A stretch of DNA of 64,000 nucleotides from Eledone cirrhosa (Eukaryota), in the NCBI GenBank assembly GCA_964016885.1, contig OZ024744.1, positions 39,742,001-39,806,000 on the forward strand. Direction: 5' to 3'. Position 1 is the stretch's first letter. The number at the start of each line of letters is the position of its first letter. The position numbers and the translations under genes were made by a program. The notes beneath the pieces are model-generated. The model had not been told where the DNA came from. It did not search any database and saw nothing but the letters and a program-made list of their open reading frames with translations. This document shows, piece by piece, positions 57,123 through 64,000 of the stretch.

Positions 57123-57190
57123 ATTTTATTATGCGCATTTCGAAAACAACATCATTCTGGGACAAAAATTGTGTTCTCATCAGATAAAAT
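57123..57190 (-). ncRNA. Minimal hammerhead ribozyme in a Penelope-like remnant
   Basis: The - strand reads ATTTTAT-CTGATGA-GAACAC...GTTGTTTTC-GAAA-TGCGCA-TA-ATAAAAT. Confidence 0.78.
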
Positions 57191-57310
57191 AAGGTAACAT
57201 GATATGAGGCCTAAAAACACTTTTCAACAAGAAAGTGTCCAGTCTACATATAATTTCTTCTTTAAAATATACTCCAGTTCTACCAACTGTTGAGTGCTAC
57301 TTATCTGATA

Positions 57311-57652
57311 TCATCATTCATCATTTCATTTTACATCCGCTTTTCCCTGCTTGCAAGGGTGGGACAGAAACTGATTCTGGCTTGATTTCTACAGCTGGAT
57401 GCCCTTCCTAACACCAACCTCATTTACAGTGAGTGCTGGGTGCTTTTTTGCAGTGGCACCTCCACGACCACTTTACAGTGTAATGATAGGGACACCAGTC
57501 CCAATCATCTCATTGAGTAAACTGAGTAAACTGGAGCAATGTGAAATAAAGTGTCTTGCTCAAGGAAACAACACATCACCCGGTCTGAGAATTGAACTCA
57601 CAACCTTTCGATTGCAAGGCCAATGCTCTAACCACTAAGCCATGTGCCTCCA
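57311..57652 (-). mobile_element. CORE-type SINE with RTE tail
   Basis: Homologue of 24442-24789. Confidence 0.8.
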
Positions 57653-57693
57653 TGATATATGCATAGTTTTATTGTTCTACAATATTACTCACC

Positions 57694-57780
<87 letters not shown>

Positions 57781-57785
<5 letters not shown>

Positions 57786-58293
57786 AAAAGAGAAAACACA
57801 GGTAAGCATTAAAAAAAAGATTTTATCCAAGTATTTACGACCGTTTCATTGGTAACTGCAACCTTATATTGCTATACTGCAAATAGCAGCCACTCAATGA
57901 TAATTGTTGTACACGTCCAAATGATCAAAATAGTGAATAAGTTACTCTTAAAAAGTTCTTAATATATAGAAAAACATTTTTTTGTAATTGTATTTACTAG
58001 TATAGAGAGAGAGGAAGAGGATTGACAAAGTGGATTGTCAATCCACTTTCTAATTCCTCTTCCTCTCTCTCTATACTAGTAAATACAATTACAAAAAAAT
58101 GTTTTTCTATATATTAAGAACTTTTTAAGAGTAACTTATTCACTATTTTGATCATTTGGACGTGTACAACAATTATTATTGAGTGGCTGCTATTTGCAGT
58201 ATAGCAATATAAGGTTGCAGTTACCAATGAAACGGTCGTAAATACCTGGATAAAATCCTTTTTTTAATGCTTACCTGTGTTTTCTCTTTTATC
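57781..58293. repeat. About 510-bp near-perfect palindrome centred at 58038
   Basis: The arms mirror each other; the centre is aaagtggattg-t-caatccacttt. Confidence 0.92.
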
Positions 58294-58435
58294 CTTTATA
58301 CTCCAAGATTGAATGTGATTCTTACAAACTTGTGGAGTTACCCCTAACCGTACGTTGAAACCGTCCATTAAACTGGATTACAATAAGCATTTTTCTCCTT
58401 CCCTAACTATATATATAGATATATGTGTGTGTGTG

Positions 58436-58466
<31 letters not shown>

Positions 58467-58492
58467 ATATGTATATATATATACATATATAC

Positions 58493-58571
<79 letters not shown>

Positions 58572-60012
58572 TATATTGAGCGTTCACAGAGTAGGATGCC
58601 CACATAGGAAGATACACACACACATATGTGTGTGTGTGTATGTGTGTATGAGCTGCTAGAGGCCTACTTCCATAGAAATAGAAATAAACTGATGTGAATC
58701 TGGCAAAAGAAATGTGTAAAGTAAGTTAAATAAATTCATATATAATATATACTATCAAATAAACCTGGATATGAACGTGCTGTGTACATTTCCATTTCTA
58801 TGTTTAAAATAGTAGTTCTCATTGTTAGTTCTGGTGACTTGCTGAAAAGCATCTTAAATTTATGTTGTCAATAATAATATAAACAGAACAGCAGCAAGAC
58901 TAATATATTATTTTATTTTATTTTCCTTTAGTCTGTGTGTGGTTTCCTGTTTAAAATATGGTGCAACATAGCCCTGCATGTTGTAGCATTGCCACCAGTA
59001 AATGCATGAAACTGTAAACAATTGCTTAAAAAAAAAGATCCTATGATTAGTATGAAGCTAACCTCTACATTAGCAGGGGAAAAGGATATTAAAACTGTCA
59101 AGGAGGGAAAGACAGTTCCCATGGCCCTTTTCAGGGTCTCTGAAACTGGTAGGCAGAAGACAGGAAAATATTCTCAAATGAAGAACCTAGCCTGTATGTT
59201 TGCGATATAGTGAATTCCTCTAAAGGCACACAAGAACCTGTTGGTGGTATGTAACTAGGCAATAGATTCAGTCTATGAAACATGCATATGTACACACATA
59301 GATATGTAGGTAGATGAGTGGGTGGATTGATGAACTGGTGAATGCAGGGCTGGATTAAGACCTTTAAAAATCCTAAACACAAAAAAGATTATGATACCCT
59401 CATTTAGAATATTTATAGAACAACCCCAGTATATCCTATCCTATTTTAGGGGCAGGATTTTACCTATATAGTTGACGAAGGCCTCATATCAAATTTTGAG
59501 CTACATATCTTTAGAATAATTTGTATGACAGCTTGGCTTTACATCACAATTGACCATTTCCTCCACAGTTGATTTCTATCATATTAAGTGAGAGTGAGAG
59601 TGATGTGATGTGAGAAAGTGATATAGAGGAAGAATTGATCCTAGTATTTGAACTAGTACTTTATTTATCAACCTCAAAAAGATGAAAACAAAGTTGACTT
59701 CTGTGGAATTTGAAAGTTGTAACTAGGAAGCAAAAAAACAAAACAAAACAACAACAGATATAATATGTTCTATCCCATAAGAAGATGTTATGCTCTCACA
59801 TGAAATTAATGAGTAATGATTTGACTCTGGAATTTATTACAGTAAAGAAAAGTAGAGATAGAAAGAATCTTCAACAATAAATAACTCTGTGCAGGCTTGT
59901 TTCATGTCCTTAATTAAGGGATCATTGTCATCCCCATCACCACCACTATCATCACCATCACCACCATCATTATCATTGTCGTTATTTTATGCTCACTTTC
60001 CATGTTTGCATG

Positions 60013-60847
60013 TGTAACACTCTCTAGACAGGAAGTAGCTGGAGTTACTTGCCGTTGAGGTTGCAGAACCTTCTTTGTCACTTCCGTCCGGGGAACTATA
60101 AAAGGAGAGAGCTGAAAGCTATCACCCTCTCATTTCACCTTTCGGCCAGGCGCGTTCCGTCGACGGTATACTCTCTCATTTCCTGACCAGTGAAAAGGTA
60201 AACAACTAACTAACTTTCTTTCGTCGTGAAATCACTAGCCAACATGTAACACAACAATAACCACGGCCTGGCAACACTTCAGCCAGTAGACCGTGTCTTC
60301 TGAAATCCTTAATTCATTCTTTCATCTCTCTTGGCATGTCAACTATTCAGCTCTACTCAGCTCAATCTTCGTAAATAAATATTGTACATACAACCCAGTG
60401 TCCTGTTATAATTGGATCACGTCGGAGTCACCAATTATAACAGGACACTGGGTTGTATGTACAATATTTATTTACGAAGATTGAGCTGAGTAGAGCTGAA
60501 TAGTTGACATGCCAAGAGAGATGAAAGAATGAATTAAGGATTGCAGAAGACACGGTCCACTGGTTGAAGTGTTGCCAGGCCGTGGTTATTGTTGTGTTAC
60601 ATGTTGGCTAGTGATTTCACGACGAAAGAAAGTTAGTTAGTTGTTTACCTTTTCACTGGTCAGGAAGTGAGAGAGTATACCTTCGGCGGAACGCGCCTGG
60701 CCGAAGGCCAGCAGCCGAAAGGTGAAATGAGAGGGTGATAGCTTTCAGCTCTCTCCTTTTATAGTTCCCTGGACAGAAGTGATAAAGAAGGTTCTACAAC
60801 CTCAACGGCAAGTAACTCCAACTACTTCCTGTCTAGAGAGCGCTATA
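60013..60847. mobile_element. Palindromic element: two inverted LTR-like arms joined at a tRNA-Trp primer-binding site
   Basis: Arms at about 60013-60415 and 60431-60847; centre ATCACGTCGGAGTCACCA (60416-60433); CATG on both flanks. Confidence 0.78.
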
Positions 60848-62558
60848 CATGCATTGGAGGCATTGTGACAATCTGAAACTAGACCATGTCCTGACTCTTA
60901 CAATTCATATTTTGACATGGTTTCTAATTCCAGATGCTCTTCCTAGTATCAACAGTGTACTGGGTGCATCTATCACTGGGTGGCACCAGCACTACCAAAA
61001 GTTTTTATTTGAACAAAATGAAATATTGTGTTCTGAATTCAAATCCTTTTGTGCTCTAGTTGAGTGATATACTTAATCCATCGCCCAGTTTAACACCACC
61101 ACTTGGTCCTTAGTTGCTTTTAGCAGAGTTCACTCTGTTGCAATCATTTGGTCCATGTTTTAATTTGAGTATATCATCTTCTATCCAGTTTTTGAAACCC
61201 TAAAAAGTGCTCTTCCCATCCCTGATTAAATAGTAAAAACAAAATGGCTTCATAAAATGTAGAGGAGAGCTGAATGTTGCTCAAAGTTAATGCATTGCAA
61301 TTTACAGATCAGTAAATGGATTAGAAAACTTAAAGATATGTAACAAAAATATGATGAAATACAGAGAATTAAAAACTATACTAGTATTTTTTTTATTACT
61401 TAGTCAGAGAGGGACTCTGACCAAGACTGGTGGGTGGGAGGGAGCAAGTTATTCTAAAACTGAAGAATTGTCCAAATGCTTGTATCTGACTAAACACTAA
61501 AGACACCCATAAGCCAGATGCTGATGTTAAACTAGGTGAAGGATTAAATCTACCACCCAAGTAGGCCCAAGTGGGATTTGAAATCAGAATGTAAAAAACT
61601 TGGACAGATGCCACAAGGTATCCTATCATTCATACTTCCACCAATCCATCACTCCAAATTGGTACTTTATTTATTGGCCCTTGAAGGATGAAAGGCTACT
61701 TTGATCTCAGCATGATTTGAACTGAAACTATAGTGAACCAAAATGATTACTGCAAAGATATTTCATCCAATACTCTAATGCTTCTGCCTGGCAGATTGAT
61801 TTTGAATACAAATATATCAAGGAAATATTCATAAAGGCTCAACAAAGATAAACATCAAGTAAACTTAACTAAAAATGAGCCAAGGCATAAGCCTCTACAA
61901 GGTTGTTTGACTTGTTAGAAATAGCAACCCAATCTACTTTGAATTATACTCTCCTTACTTATATAAGAAAATAAAGGATATATAAAATATACTTTATTTT
62001 ATTGACCCCGAAAGGATAAAATATGAAGTTGACATTGTCAAGATTTAAATTCAGAATGTAAAGAGCTGGTACAAATGCCACAACTCTGTATATACATACC
62101 CAAAGCTATCTGGATGTTGATAGTTATTATAATCGGTTTGTAAATCTTAATTTATCCTGTTAATTGAGTCTTGTGAACTGTATTATCTTTTGTCAGTATT
62201 TGCTTCACCCTGGAGTTTTTGTCTCTTATGATTTGAATGCATATATATATATATCTGTGTTCATCTCTCCTTACAGTATTATAAGGCTCGGGAAAATGTT
62301 TTCCTTGAGCTACTTTGATTATAAGGGACTAACGTGAGTTTTTAACTCAATATATTCTTTTGATATATATATATTTAATGAAGGGTTAAAAATGAAATGT
62401 TTAGATGGTTATATGTGGTTATTAGTTGATATGATAATAACAAAGTATAATAGGAATAGGTGTAATAACGAGAATATAAAGAATATAATGATTTGGTTAT
62501 ATATAGTTTACTTCACGTGAATCAATTAAAAAGTACATATAAAACAGTTACCAAGAGT

Positions 62559-63133
62559 TGTTAACGTAGTTATTGTTTCTGATATGAGGCTGTTGAAGTC
62601 TGTTGTTGTTGTTGGTGTGAAAACAGCGAGCGACAGTTAATTGTTGTTGTTGTTGGAATTTGGAGACCGTTGTAGTAGTTGTGAGACTGTAGTTAGTAAG
62701 AGAGAGAGAGAGATGGTTTGTATATCTCTGAATGGTCTGTAATTAATTGTAGACCACTGTGGCTTGTACATGGTCTGTAGGAGTAGGGTTCCAATTGCTC
62801 TGTGTGTATCTGTAGACCTCATGGGGTCTGTTGATAGTGGTGAATCCTTACATAGTTTGTTGTGTATCCTAGTGCTTTGATATCTCTGTGTCTGTAGACC
62901 CTTGGGGTCTATTGATAGCAGTGAATCCTTACATAGCTTGTTCTGTAGTGGGGTGCTCTGATGTATACCTGTAGTGGGATGATAGCACAGGCTTTATATA
63001 CCTATCGCTTCGTGTCCCCCCACCTTGAGGGGACACTCAAACATATCAACCTGTCTGCACCAAAAGGGTGTTGACCCATAATTTAACCTTTAGGTATCAC
63101 CCAAAGTTCAAGGCACGGACAGATTTCGTTACA
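62559..63133 (-). mobile_element. Possible LTR
   Basis: The - strand starts TGTAACG, ends CGTTAACA, has TATATAAAG and an internal imperfect ~60-bp repeat; no coding support. Confidence 0.35.
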
Positions 63134-63214
63134 TATATATAACACATGCTGTATATTTATATATGTATTACATGCTATATGTTTATATACATATTTATAT
63201 ATATTTATATATAT

Positions 63215-64000
63215 ATCATCATCATCGTTTAACGTCCATCTTCCAGGCTAGCATGGGTTAGACGACTTTGTTCCATTTGATGCGGGAATGGTTGGGAGTC
63301 CGTGTCTCACTTGTACAGAAGTGTCTCTGGCAGGTTTTTTTACAGCTGGATGCCCTTCCTAACACCAACCACAGTTACAGTGTGGACTGGGAGCCTTTTC
63401 CCCGAGTCTCCTACACGGCCACCTTACAGTGTGGACTGTTGTGTCATCGACACAGTGGACGGAATGGAAAAGGGAGGATGGGGTGGGGTGTACATTGGTT
63501 TAAGAGGTGCTTACTGACTGGAGGTTTGTATGCAAAGCAGTCTGATCTTCTGTACAACTGCATGGCACCAAAGATCTCAATCCAGTGTCATTGTCTTCAA
63601 GAGGTCAGTTTTTATCACCTCATCCCAGGATTTTCTTGGTCTACCCACTCCGTAGCTTCCATCAATTTTCATTGCCCTGCACTTTTTTATAGAGCTGAGA
63701 GCTGTCATCCTTCATACGCATCACATGTCCATACCAACGCAATCTCCTCTCCAGAACATAACATTTGATACCTCTTATGCTTAGTCTCCCTCTTAGTTTG
63801 TTTATGCTTCACCTTTCGCGCACATTACTATATCGTCATTCATATACATGCATCATACAATCTGCCTTTCACTTTTAGAGAAAAACCCCTTGTGGCCAAC
63901 AGCGGTATTAGCTCTCTGAACTTTTTTCATCCCGTTCTAACTCTAGTTACTGTACTTTCAGAGAACCTCCTCCACTGCTGACTTTGTCACCCAGGTAACG
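63215..64000 (-). mobile_element. Diverged RTE family A-related 3' part (continues past window end)
   Basis: Homology to 10401-11370; (CAT)n tail. Confidence 0.82.

Noticed and set aside
60416-60433. tRNA-Trp gene
   Set aside because: Only the last 18 nt are present, including encoded CCA, which indicates a PBS or reverse-transcribed copy and not a gene.
61308-61345. Candidate next exon after tttacag
   Set aside because: No recognisable similarity to the SWAP70/DEF6 C-terminus and no supporting evidence.

Overview
This is AT-rich, repeat-dominated animal DNA; the SINE/LINE inventory suggests an octopus or other coleoid cephalopod (inference). Three phase-compatible + strand exons (27575-27753, 31681-31826, 34542-34740) encode a SWAP70/DEF6-like coiled coil. 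Most other recognisable sequence is mobile DNA: two near-identical CR1-like LINE copies, many RTE-clade LINE copies whose RT carries an inserted PHD-type zinc finger, a Penelope-like element in inverted configuration with minimal hammerhead ribozymes, tRNA-derived SINEs, MITEs and a decayed 5.9-kb Helitron. Kilobase (TA)n arrays have interruptions that are strand-polarised in blocks. The most unusual object is an ~835-bp palindrome at 60013-60847: two inverted LTR-like arms whose centre is the 3'-terminal 18 nt of tRNA-Trp (a primer-binding site), flanked by a 4-bp duplication. A 200-N gap lies at 18874-19073. Boundaries were read by eye and may be off by a few bases.
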